NCBI GenBank assembly: GCA_965370295.1
Contig: CBDUSO010000002.1
Span: forward strand, 28,990 to 92,989
DNA from: an uncultured bacterium
GTDB lineage: Bacteria > Caldisericota > Caldisericia > JAAYUI01
Length of the DNA stretch: 64,000 bases
Reading direction: 5' to 3'
Made by a program: the position numbers and the translations under genes. How positions within the stretch are numbered: position 1 is the first letter of the stretch; each line of letters starts with the position of its first letter. The notes beneath the pieces were generated by a model. That model saw nothing but the letters and a program-made list of their open reading frames with translations, ran no database searches and was not told the DNA's origin. Below are positions 25,263 to 35,741 of the stretch, in pieces.

Positions 25263-28214
25263 CTAATCCCGCCTCTTCAGTGCCAATTCATAAACAGCTG
25301 CAACCCTGTGATGTCCATCCATCACCAGCTGGAAACTATTAAAATTCTCTGATGGTGGCTGGAGTACTCCATCAACAGACCACCCGGAGAAAACATACTC
25401 TCCCTTGTTCAGATTCAGGGGAACGGGACCAATTTGAACGGTTTCACCAGCTATAAATAATCCATCTCTGTCGGTATCCGGAAAAATCTTCGTGCTTAAC
25501 TTTATACGTTTGCTTCCAAGGATTGCATAAAAAGTGAGTTTGTATCTGCTGTCTGAAGGTTGATAGTTTGCAAGAATTCTCTTATCAGAATCCATTATAA
25601 CGGTCAGTCTTGAAATTCCCGTGTACGTTTGGTCACCAACAATCCAACCCACAAACTTGTATTCAAGCTCGTCAACTTTAATCTTGTCAGGAACCGGTCC
25701 AATTGTTACTTTTGTTCCCGCCATATATTGTTTATTATTTCCAGGACAATCACCAACACCAGGGGAGATTGGAATTTTATACTTCTGGTCAACAATATTC
25801 CAGTTGACCGTGAAGTCCACAGAAACACTGAAGCAATCGACTTCAACAACCTCGTATACTGCATACATTACGGGTTCAACAGGTTTTTCCGGGTCATCCT
25901 GGCAACCAAAAGCCTTTATCATTATTATGTTTGTGCCATTGATCAAATCTTTGAATGGTGATTTTGTGGCATGAATTTTACCGTTCCAACGCCATTCTTT
26001 GAAACGATACATATTTTTTCCTTTATACATGAGCGGGGCAGATACTAGTTTTATTGGTGATTCAACCAGCAAACTATCGGCTGCCGGCCACCACTGACCA
26101 ATCTGTCCACCAACTCCAGCACCGATTGGTTGATAAAGCTCGTCAACTGCAATTCCCTTCACCTTCACCCTGATTGGTCTAAAAAATACATGGATGATGT
26201 TTTCATCTTTTTCATTTTTTTCAAAATTATCTGCAAATTCTGTGATCTTTATTCTTGCAATCAGAACATGTTTTGGGCTGACCTCAGAAGTCACCTTGAC
26301 CATATCAAGAAGATTGAGATGAATTGGTGTCATCCTTGCTCCCGGGCTTGCTTCAAAATTCATCGGTTGCAGTTCCGCAGAACCGAGTCTGTATTTGAAT
26401 GGTGTAACAATCTTCCAGACCTCATCACCATCATCATCAATCTCGGTTTCAAGTTTTATGGCATCTGCTTTTGCACAGTGTCCAATCAATTCCGGCAACG
26501 GGATTGTTTTTACAATCTCTGAAACCCACGTGTCCATGAGGGTTGAAGACCCATTATCATCTGAGACCCACGACTCTAATTCCCATGTATACTCAGTTCC
26601 GGGTATTAATCCATCGATAATTAAAGTATCTTGGAGTGGATTAATCTTTTTTATTTTCTTTTCAAAACCCTCACCCTTCACTGTGATGGTGTAGTATGTC
26701 GGGAAACCTTTACTCCACCAGTTCTCTCCCCATTCTTTTCGTTTCAACTCGGCAAGTTTTTTCATTTCATTTGTGACCGCCCAGTTGAGTGTCAACCTGG
26801 TAGATTCAGCAACTACGCCCTTTCCCCTTGGTGTAAAATCTCCCGGTTCATAGACCGCAACAATTCTCATCGGGCGGTCAACCGCATAGATGTAATGCGT
26901 ATTCTCTTTCCCTTCCAGCCAGGGAAGGTTTGTGAATTTGAAGTATGCAATTTCACCCATCGAGATCTCTTCAAAAGATTCCGGCATCACATCAACGGAT
27001 TCTTCCGACATTATCACATGCCCATCCTCAAGCTTTGAGACAGGATAAAAAACTTTGAAATGAGACAATTCCCAGAGTCGGGATTCGTAGAAACATTTCG
27101 TTCGAACGGCTGGGATGATGAACAGTTTCTGTGCTGTGTACCCCGGGTCAGAATGTGGCATCCATTTGTAAAACCTTCGAAGCGATGGGAAACTCTGTAC
27201 AAAATGTTGATTATTCTCTCTGTCATACATCGATGCATTACCATAACCGGTGGAAATAAGTGGGAGATTTGCCTGTCCACCAATTTGAGGAGGATCAATT
27301 GCAAAATCAAATCTATACTCACCGGAATATCTGACATTCAGATTTATTGTAACATCATCAACGCTGTCTCTTCCATGTTTTATTGGAATATTTTCTACAA
27401 CCGTATCCTCATATTTGAAACGAACCGCACATGCTGACTGGGAACCGGGCTTTGAAATAATTGTTCCGCCCTGTTTTTCAATGATTGTTCCAACCGGTCT
27501 GAAAAAATAATCCATGTACTGATCCTCGGCATAAACAACTGGAATCGTTGTGTACGGTTGACAAATCGTGAATGAGAGTGGTTTTGTTGCAAATCCCTCT
27601 GACGGAAAATATCCTTGGGAAATTGAGCCCAAGGCTTCTCCGTTTTTTCTTTTAAGTTCATCTGTAAAATATTCACCCAAGCTTGAACGATTCTCGAATC
27701 CAGGGAATACGCTGACCGATTCAAAATTATCTTCGGTGGCAGGGATTGTCCAGTTGACACCTTCAACAAAGGCTTTTGAAGCCAACTCTCCAGCTTTTTC
27801 TCTCTCTACGCCAGTGTTTGTAAGGGCATCATAAAGTCTGGAAGTGGTCACCATTTCACCACCACGAAACTGTTCATACTGCTCGCCAAATTCTATTGTT
27901 TTCAGATTTGGATAATTTCTGGCAATAAATTCCGTAAACCCATCGTTGGTCAACAATCTTGAAATATTTGTTCCCCAGATTTCAGTCCCGATAACGACCG
28001 GAACCAGACCAACTTTCACCCTTGGCATCCTGGAAAGTTGTGGCATCTCCTCATTTCCCCATGCAGGATACTGCAACCGACCAAGCACCAGGCTGGCATT
28101 CACATTCACATGAACCCTGGATGGCTTTGAAACAAAATGGACCAATTCAAATCCATCAACAGACATCCCAAATAAAAACACGATTATCAACGTAACAATT
28201 GCGAGCTTTCTCAT
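25263..28214 (-). CDS. Secreted hypothetical protein with Fn3 and C-terminal InlB B-repeat-like domains
   Basis: Signal peptide MRKLAIVTLIIVFLFG; GLIPGTEYTWEL; repeats AGTKVTIGPVP..YKFVGW..MDSDKRILANY and AGETVQIGPVP..YVFSGW..MDGHHRVAAVY. Confidence 0.7.
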   Translation of the reverse strand: MRKLAIVTLIIVFLFGMSVDGFELVHFVSKPSRVHVNVNASLVLGRLQYPAWGNEEMPQLSRMPRVKVGLVPVVIGTEIWGTNISRLLTNDGFTEFIARNYPNLKTIEFGEQYEQFRGGEMVTTSRLYDALTNTGVEREKAGELASKAFVEGVNWTIPATEDNFESVSVFPGFENRSSLGEYFTDELKRKNGEALGSISQGYFPSEGFATKPLSFTICQPYTTIPVVYAEDQYMDYFFRPVGTIIEKQGGTIISKPGSQSACAVRFKYEDTVVENIPIKHGRDSVDDVTINLNVRYSGEYRFDFAIDPPQIGGQANLPLISTGYGNASMYDRENNQHFVQSFPSLRRFYKWMPHSDPGYTAQKLFIIPAVRTKCFYESRLWELSHFKVFYPVSKLEDGHVIMSEESVDVMPESFEEISMGEIAYFKFTNLPWLEGKENTHYIYAVDRPMRIVAVYEPGDFTPRGKGVVAESTRLTLNWAVTNEMKKLAELKRKEWGENWWSKGFPTYYTITVKGEGFEKKIKKINPLQDTLIIDGLIPGTEYTWELESWVSDDNGSSTLMDTWVSEIVKTIPLPELIGHCAKADAIKLETEIDDDGDEVWKIVTPFKYRLGSAELQPMNFEASPGARMTPIHLNLLDMVKVTSEVSPKHVLIARIKITEFADNFEKNEKDENIIHVFFRPIRVKVKGIAVDELYQPIGAGVGGQIGQWWPAADSLLVESPIKLVSAPLMYKGKNMYRFKEWRWNGKIHATKSPFKDLINGTNIIMIKAFGCQDDPEKPVEPVMYAVYEVVEVDCFSVSVDFTVNWNIVDQKYKIPISPGVGDCPGNNKQYMAGTKVTIGPVPDKIKVDELEYKFVGWIVGDQTYTGISRLTVIMDSDKRILANYQPSDSRYKLTFYAILGSKRIKLSTKIFPDTDRDGLFIAGETVQIGPVPLNLNKGEYVFSGWSVDGVLQPPSENFNSFQLVMDGHHRVAAVYELALKRRD

Positions 28215-28453
28215 CAAACCCATTCTACCTTGAAATCAGCTGTCAGGCAAGAGTCAACGAAATACAATCTGCATAAAGAATTCACCAACGCACAAACCGA
28301 TTGATTAAAAGTGTTCACTGGATAATATCATTTTATCAATCTAAACTCCTCTGCTTGCAAATATTCGTTTATATGTTATTGTTTAGATTAATGTGTGGTT
28401 TGATTGTGTACATGCAGATTCCAAAATTATTTTACCGATGAGGAGTGTGTTCG

Positions 28454-29245
28454 ATGAGCAAAATGAAGGTGTGGTTTGCCGTGGTCATTGTCGTCTGTCT
28501 GGCTATCCTTCTACTTTCCATACTTCAGGTTGGATCATCAAATGTCATCTGGGGAAATAAAATCGCAGATGGGGAAGTTCCATGGGCCGACTGGACTGCA
28601 TATGTAAAACTCATCGCACCACTCATCGCGGGGATAGCTCTACTCTGGCAGGGATTTGCAGGCACCATCCTGACACCAGTTAAGCCAACTACAAAGGTAA
28701 TTGGGTTTGGAATTCTCGGTATTGGAATTGGATTCTCATTTGAAACCTATATGAGAATTTTTTTGAATAACGATCCTGGAGCACTAAATTTTGGGACACC
28801 GTTTTTTGTATTGGGTGCAATTCTGGTTGCATGGGCATTATTCGATTTCCCCGCACGACTCGATGCAAGATTGAAGAAATCCCAGAGACCATGGTTTTTT
28901 GGTTCAGTGGCAATTGCCTTTTTGGTGACATTCATAGTTATGGTCCTCCCATCCGATAAATCACCAAATTTCTTTGACATCGTTTCCCAAGCTTTATACG
29001 CAATCCTCACTTTAGCAATATTTGCCGGTGCATTGAGGTGTACCATGGTGTTTGCCGAGGGTAGGATTGGGAGACCATTCCGCCTGATTTCAATCGGTGG
29101 ACTCTCAATATTTGCATATGTTTATTACATCTGGTTGCCATTTACACCAAACGTGGATGCCTTTCATCCTATTCACATACTCTGGATTTTCTGCTTCCTA
29201 ATCACAATTCTCGGGGCGACAGACCTGACTCTAGCCGAAGAATAA
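28454..29245 (+). CDS. Polytopic membrane protein (~8 TM), paralog of the next gene
   Basis: SD AGGAG 8 nt before ATG 28454; shares WQG, VAWALFxFP, ALRCTMVFAEGxIGRPF and TLxEE with 29294-30097. Confidence 0.8.
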   Translation: MSKMKVWFAVVIVVCLAILLLSILQVGSSNVIWGNKIADGEVPWADWTAYVKLIAPLIAGIALLWQGFAGTILTPVKPTTKVIGFGILGIGIGFSFETYMRIFLNNDPGALNFGTPFFVLGAILVAWALFDFPARLDARLKKSQRPWFFGSVAIAFLVTFIVMVLPSDKSPNFFDIVSQALYAILTLAIFAGALRCTMVFAEGRIGRPFRLISIGGLSIFAYVYYIWLPFTPNVDAFHPIHILWIFCFLITILGATDLTLAEE

Positions 29246-29293
29246 AAAAACCGATAGAGATACCAACATAATCGACAAAGGAGTATTTTTGAC

Positions 29294-30097
29294 ATGAAGA
29301 GATTGAATTTGAGCGTTTTTCTTGTTGTTCTTACCTGCATAGTTATTGCTGTGTTGCTATTTTTACACGGCAGTGCTGGACCTGAAACTGATTCTTCAAT
29401 GAGTATTTTAACATTACTCGGTGTTCATTGGATTGGTGTAATCAAATTCCTGACAGCATTTATCGCTGGAACAATGCTTGTCTGGCAAGGACTTTTTGGG
29501 AATATTCTCAAAACAGTAAGATCGTCTACCGTTTTAATCGGGGTAGGAATTCTGGCAATTGCATTTGGCTATGGGTATGACTTCTATGTGAGAGTATTCA
29601 TTACACATGGCCCACTCAGTAGTTCACTCCTTCTCTCCTCCATACTGTATTTAGTCGGAGGGATTTTTGTGGCATGGGCATTGTTCGCTTTCCCAAACAA
29701 GTTGCAGGCAAGGCTCAGAGAATCCCAGCGAATATGGTTTACAATATCAGTTATCTTTGCATTCCTGGTGACAATTGGATTATTCATCTATATGATCTCC
29801 TCAAAAGAAATGAACACAATGGCTCTTATAATCCAAATAGCATACCCAGTTCTCACACTTCTCGTGTTTACTGCAGCACTCCGTTGCACCATGGTTTTTG
29901 CAGAGGGCAAAATCGGTAGACCATTCCTGCTCATATCTGTTGGAAGTCTTGCCATGTTCATGTTCAACTACACTGCCTGGGCTTTGAAACCAATCATTCC
30001 CGACCTGGGTGAATTCGGGATAATCCATGCCCTGTTTGTGTTCAGCTTTTTGATAACATCAATTGGTGCTGCAGATATGACATTGCGTGAGGAATAG
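29294..30097 (+). CDS. Polytopic membrane protein (~8 TM), paralog of the previous gene
   Basis: SD AAAGGAG; same conserved blocks as 28454-29245. Confidence 0.8.
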   Translation: MKRLNLSVFLVVLTCIVIAVLLFLHGSAGPETDSSMSILTLLGVHWIGVIKFLTAFIAGTMLVWQGLFGNILKTVRSSTVLIGVGILAIAFGYGYDFYVRVFITHGPLSSSLLLSSILYLVGGIFVAWALFAFPNKLQARLRESQRIWFTISVIFAFLVTIGLFIYMISSKEMNTMALIIQIAYPVLTLLVFTAALRCTMVFAEGKIGRPFLLISVGSLAMFMFNYTAWALKPIIPDLGEFGIIHALFVFSFLITSIGAADMTLREE

Positions 30098-30224
30098 AAA
30101 AGCTTAACCCTAATACCCCGTATCCTTAATGGATTGGGTGTTGAACCTATTACCCATGCACATAGTATTCGACCGCTCAATTGGATGATTGAAGCTCTTA
30201 GGCATGGAGAGTATGGTTAGAAGT

Positions 30225-30599
30225 ATGGAGTGGCAGTATCTAAAAGAAAAAAATGCGGTTCTTGTGAAACCGGTTGGAACCATGAGGTCTGAAGAGGATG
30301 TTGAAGACCTTGCCAGACAGTTCAAAGATATTCAGGATCAGATGAAAGAGAAGTTCTGGATGGTTTCTGATATTACTGAATTTTTCATGGAGAACAGCAC
30401 TCTTCTCAGATATTTTGCAAAGCTCATGATGGGCATGGATGAAGCCAGACACGGTACAATATTTATTGTCAGAGACCCCCTCAGAAGAACTGGTATCAAA
30501 CTGCTGAAATATTACCGAAGGGTGGAATATTATGATGTTCCCACGCTGGATTCTGCCTTCAAATTGATAGACAAACTGAATAAGAAACGTGGAGAATAG
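30225..30599 (+). CDS. Small alpha/beta protein, STAS/SEC14 (SpoIIAA-like) family probable
   Basis: Start moved to ATG 30225 (TTGAAG-17-TATGGT-7 nt); shares xGxMxSxED, EKxWxVSDxT and TGxKL with 30722-31102. Confidence 0.6.
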   Translation: MEWQYLKEKNAVLVKPVGTMRSEEDVEDLARQFKDIQDQMKEKFWMVSDITEFFMENSTLLRYFAKLMMGMDEARHGTIFIVRDPLRRTGIKLLKYYRRVEYYDVPTLDSAFKLIDKLNKKRGE

Positions 30600-30721
30600 T
30601 TTCTCCTCCCCCGTTTTTTATTCTTGCCCGTCTATCTCATTCCATGATTGACATTTTTATAACTTTAGAAATACTGAGATAAACCCAAGTAGAATTGTAT
30701 CTACGCAACGAGGAGGCTTCA

Positions 30722-31102
30722 ATGCCCATCGAAACAAGCTTCGAATATGATGAACTTAGGAATATCCTGTTTGCAAAGATGATTGGTGATATGTCTTCAG
30801 TCGAGGATGCCGAAAATTTTTATCAGGTAGTAAAGACAAAACAAGCTGAAATTAGGGAAAAATGCTGGTTTGTCTCTGATGTTACAGATATGACCTCAAA
30901 ATCTGCTCCTGCCATCCACTACAGCAAATTGTCAAGTGTACTTTACGGCTCAAGACTTGCGACCATCACCATTGCAAAGAGTTTGATTCAGAAAACAGGA
31001 ATGAAACTTGTTGGTACATTCAGAAGAGAAATAATACACCTGGTTTCCTCTCGTGAGGAAGCAATCGAAAAAATTGAGAAATTGAAACAGGGGATAAAAT
31101 AG
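30722..31102 (+). CDS. Small alpha/beta protein, STAS/SEC14-like, paralog of the previous gene
   Basis: SD AGGAGG before ATG 30722; C-terminal SSREEAIEKI resembles the end of STAS/SEC14 proteins. Confidence 0.6.
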   Translation: MPIETSFEYDELRNILFAKMIGDMSSVEDAENFYQVVKTKQAEIREKCWFVSDVTDMTSKSAPAIHYSKLSSVLYGSRLATITIAKSLIQKTGMKLVGTFRREIIHLVSSREEAIEKIEKLKQGIK

Positions 31103-31123
31103 TATTCATAATAACATAAGTTT

Positions 31124-32026
31124 ATGAAAAAATTTACCGTCTATTTCAACCTCACACTTGCCATGCTCTTCTGGGGGCTAACCTTTATTTGGACAAAACA
31201 GATACTAGCCCACTATAATCCAATAACCATCATCACCCTGAGGCTACTCATATCAACTGTCTTTCTGTTCATTTTGAATTTTTTCCTAAAACAGCTTCAA
31301 AGAATTGAAAAAAGAGACTTCTGGCCCTTCGTACTTCTCTCATTCTTTCAGCCATTTCTCTATTTTATCTGCGAAAATTATGGGCTGGTATACGTTTCAG
31401 CCACAGTTACCGCGGTCATCATCTCCACAATTCCACTCTTTACACCATTTGCCGGTTATCTCTTTTTCAAAGAAAAGATTTCAAAATATTTGATTATGGG
31501 ATTGATAATCTCTTTCTTGGGGGTTCTCATGGTCATCGTCAAAAATGGTTTAACTTTTTCTGCTCACCCGCTTGGAGTTGTGCTTCTGTCCATCGCGGTT
31601 GTTTCTGCCGTAATCTACACAGCACTAATCTATCGATTCAAAGACAGATACAATGTTTTCTCAATCCTGTTCTGGCAGAATTTCATCGGGACAATCATGT
31701 TTGTCCCACTCTTCCTCATCACCGATTTATCAAGTGTTCTAAAGACAGGTTTTGTATCACAGATGGTTATTCCAATGCTTCTCCTTGCAATACTTGGGTC
31801 ATCTGTTGCATACATTTTTTACATAAAAGCGATTCAAGAAGTTGGAATGACGGTTGCAAATCTTTTCACAAATACCATCCCAATTTTTACCGCCGTGTTT
31901 GCATTTTTTCTTCTCGGGGAAACATTGTCGATACTAAATATTGCAGGGATTCTGGTTGTGCTTGGTGGAGTTTTCCTCTCACAAATAAAATCTTCAAACA
32001 AAAAATCTGTTGAAACCACTCACTGA
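31124..32026 (+). CDS. DMT superfamily (EamA) transporter
   Basis: ~10 TM in two repeats; AMLFWGLTF, FFKEKI, LLGETLS. Confidence 0.92.
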   Translation: MKKFTVYFNLTLAMLFWGLTFIWTKQILAHYNPITIITLRLLISTVFLFILNFFLKQLQRIEKRDFWPFVLLSFFQPFLYFICENYGLVYVSATVTAVIISTIPLFTPFAGYLFFKEKISKYLIMGLIISFLGVLMVIVKNGLTFSAHPLGVVLLSIAVVSAVIYTALIYRFKDRYNVFSILFWQNFIGTIMFVPLFLITDLSSVLKTGFVSQMVIPMLLLAILGSSVAYIFYIKAIQEVGMTVANLFTNTIPIFTAVFAFFLLGETLSILNIAGILVVLGGVFLSQIKSSNKKSVETTH

Positions 32027-32075
32027 ATTATTATTCTTCAAGTCCAAGTTTGATAAATCTTTCGGACTCATGGAA

Positions 32076-35000
32076 TTATATCTGAAGTGCAAAAATTACA
32101 ACATCTTCGGTTGTCATGGATGCACCTTTTTCCTTGAAATTTTCAAATGCTCTTCCGAAGAAATCTTTCAGAATTTTATTCAGTTCATCCATGTGACGTT
32201 TCATCACGGGTGGAATTGGAACTCCATAATGTTTTCTCATTTGCTCTGATGCACCAAGTATAATAGATGCTTCTTTCAATTTCTGTTGCTTGGCTTTGAT
32301 TTTGGATATGAATTCCAAGCAATCAACCACTCGAAGCAATGAATTGCTTGAAAAGAATGAAGATAGACATTCCTTCAACCATTTTTCAGAGGCTTCATAG
32401 TTGCCTTTCTGGTAGTCGAGAAAGCCCTTGTAGAGCAAGAATCTATTTCGTTTAGACAAAGATTTGACGGTTTCAAATCGCTCATCTAGAATTTGAATAA
32501 TCTCATCTGCATTTTTTATGTCTTCTGCAAAGAGGTAATGCAGAACCATTGCCATCAACTTGTTTGTTTGATATGAGTCCAGTTTTTTTGATTTATCAAA
32601 TAATCCAGCTTTTTCCGAATATATCTTTGCATTTTCAAAATCCCCCATGAATAGATATGCCTCTATCGTGCAGGTTCTGAAATAATCTGTTCCAATATCC
32701 TGGAGTTGATTTTGAGACAGTTTTTTTATATGATCATACGTGTCTAATGCTTTTTTATAACGACCCGTTATTGTATAAAGATTCCCCAACCTCTGAAGTG
32801 TCTGCATTTCTTCAAAATGCACATTTGCTTTCCGAGAGGCAGTTAATGCATCATCCAAATATTTCTCTGCATCTCTCAAATCTAACAGACTGATAGATAT
32901 CTTGGCAATCGATCGGAGTGTCCATGCTTGTGCTCGATAATCAGACAATGAATTGAATAATTTCAGTGCAGTTTTTAAGTGATCGAGAGCCTTTTCATAT
33001 AAGCTCATATCTGAATAACACATTCCAAGATTCATTTTGTTAAATGCTAATCCACTATCATTATTTGTCTCTATACATATTATTTCTGCTTGTTTATATA
33101 GCTCAATAGATTTTTCTACTTCACCTTTATCTTGAATATAGGTTGCAAGGTTTTGCAAAGCTCCAGATATTTTATTTGCAAATCCCAATTCTTTATAAAT
33201 TTCCAAGGACATCTCAGTAACTTCGATTGCTTCATCTAATTTTTTCAACCAATGTGCAAATACACCATTGTTTAAATACAATACTGCAAGCGTTTTTGAT
33301 CTTTTACAGTTGGTAGCAAGGGCTGTTTTTGTCCATTTGTAAGCTAACTTATGATAACCCATTATGTTCCAGAAAATGCATGTGAATATTGCTAGAGAAG
33401 CAAATAACAAATTCTGAGTTGATTCTTTTGCATATTCCAAATTAGCAATGATATTGTTATGCTCATCTTCAAATCTCGCAAACCACAACGCTTGTTCGCT
33501 TCCACGGAGTTTTTTTGAATTGACTTTTGCCCACGCCACAAACCACTCAAGGTGGCGGGTTTTGATGAGGGTAGTTTCATTTGTTTGTTCGAGTTTTTGG
33601 AGGGCGTATTCTTTGATGGATTGGAGGAAGTGGTAGCGGGTTTCATCTTGGGATGTTTTTTTGGAGACGATGAGGGATTTGGAGTGGAGTTGGTCGATGA
33701 GGTCAAGGATTTCGAATTCATCAAAGTCGGTGAAGGGGTCATCTTCAGGGGTGGTGTTGGTGTTTTGATTGGTGGTATTGTTTTGGTTGGTGAGTTGGTT
33801 GGTTTCTTTGTTGTTTCTGTTTTCTCCCTGTTTTTGTTTTTGGTCAAGGTAGAGCTTTTGGAGTTCTTTGTCATCTACTTCAAAGTAAAAGTTGCCGGTT
33901 GCAACTGCGGTTGCTGACTCCAGGGTGAAGCCACCTGTGAAGACTGAGACTCTGTTGAAGAGTGTTTTTTCATCAACAGAGAGGAGGTCATAGCTCCAGT
34001 CGATTGCACCACGCAGGGTTTTTTGACGGTCGGTTGCTGTTCTTGCTCCTTTGGTAAGGAGTTTGAAACGTTTGTTTAGTTTCTCGTCAATTTGGCTTGG
34101 GGAGAGGACTTTGATTCTTGCTGCTGCAAGTTCGATTGCAAGGGGGAGTCCATCCAATCTCTGGCAGATGGAGATGACATCCTTTGCATTTTCTTCTGTG
34201 AGTTTGAAGTCAGGTGAAACAGCTTTTGCACGCTCGACAAAGAGTTTGATGCCGGCAAATTTCATTATGCTTGAAATATCATCTTGAGTCTTTTTGGGGA
34301 GTGGCATTGATGGTATGAACCAGAGTTTCTCACCATCAACTTCGAGTGCTTCACGGCTGGTTGTGACAATCTTCAGGTTTGGACAGTGGTCAAGGAACTC
34401 TTCAACAATGTCTGCGATTCCTGAGGCTATCTGTTCACAATTATCAAGCACAAGGAGAACATTCTCCTCTTTTATGCTTTCTTGGATTGATTCTGTGAGG
34501 GGTTTCCCTGGTTCCTCTTTGATACCCATTGTTCCTGCGATTGTCTGTATTATTTGGGTTGCATCTTTTACCTGTGAGAGGTCAGAAAACCAGACACCGA
34601 AGCTGAATTGGTCGAGATGTTCTCTTGCAACTTCTATGCTAAGCCTGGTTTTGCCTGAACCACCTGTTCCAAGGAATGTTACCAGTCTGTCTTTTTTGAG
34701 GATTGCAGTGATTTCAGTGATTTCTTTCTCACGACCAACAAATGTTGAGAGTCCGTCAGGGAGGTTGTTTGGGGTGTCTGACTTTGGTCTGTTGGTGCTT
34801 GTGTTGATGTTGGTGTTTTCATCCACTGAGAGTTTTTCTGCAAGGTTTGGGAAGAACTCGTCTGAGGTTGCTTTGATGTATGTTCCATCACGGAGTTCAA
34901 GAAGATCACGCACACCACCGGAGAGACCGCTTGGGTCAACCCAGAAGGTTGAGAGTTTTTTGTTTATGGATGAGCGGTAACATTCTATGAGTGCAGTGTC

Positions 35001-35705
35001 ATATCTTCCTGACCAGCCTGAGATTATGAGACCATATTCACTGAAGATTTTTTGGAGGAGGGAGTTCATTTCTGGTTCGTAGTGTCGGAGTTCTTCTGGT
35101 GTGTTTTTGATTCTTGTGTCGAGGTAGTCTCCGTTTACTTTTATGATGAGAGGGCGTTCCATGTGGACAAGTGAGGGTAGACCGTTGATGTCATGGGTTG
35201 ATGTGGCTACTCTTGGGTTTATGTTTATGTCGGAGAGTGCTTTTTCTAGGAGTCTGTCGAAGTTTGTGGTGATGATTACTTTTATGATTCCTGCTGATAT
35301 GAGGTTTGCGATTGCTCTGTGTGCTGGTGAGGGGAGTTTTTTGGCTTGCTCTCTTTCTTTTGCATTTGGTTCAAAATATGTGGTGAGGATTTTTGATCTC
35401 TCTGTTGGTGTGCTTGCGAGACTGTCTAAGAGTTCTGAATAATCTGCTTGTTTGTTGAACTTGTTTTCATACCAGACCCAGGGTTCTTCTCCTGCCTCTT
35501 CACCATGGAGTTCTGCTAGTTTTTTGATTAGGTCGCAGACCACTCCCCAGCCTGTTGGGATTCCTGATGATATTGATATTCCAGAACCTAAAAGGAGTGC
35601 ATACACTCCTCTATTGGATTGCATTGAGAATGCTAGTTTTATTATTTGGTTGGTTTGATTTGTTTGGTCTGTTTGGTTGTCTTGATTGTTGTGTTCTGTT
35701 TGCAC
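32076..35705 (-). CDS. SIR2-like domain + STAND/NB-ARC ATPase (AfsR/COG3903 type) + TPR protein; candidate NLR/Avs-like defence protein
   Basis: SIR2: ALLLGSGISISSGIPTGW, IITTNFDRLLE, KVNGDY, ISGWSG. STAND: NNLP..FVGREKE, GTGGSGKT, LLVLDNCE, TTSRE, LDGLPLAIELAAAR, IDWSYDLL. C-terminal TPRs. Start moved to GTG 35705 (TTGCAA-17-TATAAT-7 nt). Confidence 0.88.
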   Translation of the reverse strand: MQTEHNNQDNQTDQTNQTNQIIKLAFSMQSNRGVYALLLGSGISISSGIPTGWGVVCDLIKKLAELHGEEAGEEPWVWYENKFNKQADYSELLDSLASTPTERSKILTTYFEPNAKEREQAKKLPSPAHRAIANLISAGIIKVIITTNFDRLLEKALSDININPRVATSTHDINGLPSLVHMERPLIIKVNGDYLDTRIKNTPEELRHYEPEMNSLLQKIFSEYGLIISGWSGRYDTALIECYRSSINKKLSTFWVDPSGLSGGVRDLLELRDGTYIKATSDEFFPNLAEKLSVDENTNINTSTNRPKSDTPNNLPDGLSTFVGREKEITEITAILKKDRLVTFLGTGGSGKTRLSIEVAREHLDQFSFGVWFSDLSQVKDATQIIQTIAGTMGIKEEPGKPLTESIQESIKEENVLLVLDNCEQIASGIADIVEEFLDHCPNLKIVTTSREALEVDGEKLWFIPSMPLPKKTQDDISSIMKFAGIKLFVERAKAVSPDFKLTEENAKDVISICQRLDGLPLAIELAAARIKVLSPSQIDEKLNKRFKLLTKGARTATDRQKTLRGAIDWSYDLLSVDEKTLFNRVSVFTGGFTLESATAVATGNFYFEVDDKELQKLYLDQKQKQGENRNNKETNQLTNQNNTTNQNTNTTPEDDPFTDFDEFEILDLIDQLHSKSLIVSKKTSQDETRYHFLQSIKEYALQKLEQTNETTLIKTRHLEWFVAWAKVNSKKLRGSEQALWFARFEDEHNNIIANLEYAKESTQNLLFASLAIFTCIFWNIMGYHKLAYKWTKTALATNCKRSKTLAVLYLNNGVFAHWLKKLDEAIEVTEMSLEIYKELGFANKISGALQNLATYIQDKGEVEKSIELYKQAEIICIETNNDSGLAFNKMNLGMCYSDMSLYEKALDHLKTALKLFNSLSDYRAQAWTLRSIAKISISLLDLRDAEKYLDDALTASRKANVHFEEMQTLQRLGNLYTITGRYKKALDTYDHIKKLSQNQLQDIGTDYFRTCTIEAYLFMGDFENAKIYSEKAGLFDKSKKLDSYQTNKLMAMVLHYLFAEDIKNADEIIQILDERFETVKSLSKRNRFLLYKGFLDYQKGNYEASEKWLKECLSSFFSSNSLLRVVDCLEFISKIKAKQQKLKEASIILGASEQMRKHYGVPIPPVMKRHMDELNKILKDFFGRAFENFKEKGASMTTEDVVIFALQI

Positions 35706-35712
35706 ATGGGTG

Positions 35713-35741
35713 ATTATAATGGGGTGGGTGGGGATTTGCAA
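35713..35741 (-). promoter_or_regulatory. Near-consensus sigma70 promoter for a leaderless SIR2-STAND transcript
   Basis: Minus strand TTGCAA-17 bp-TATAAT, then 7 nt to in-frame GTG; no SD. Confidence 0.7.
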
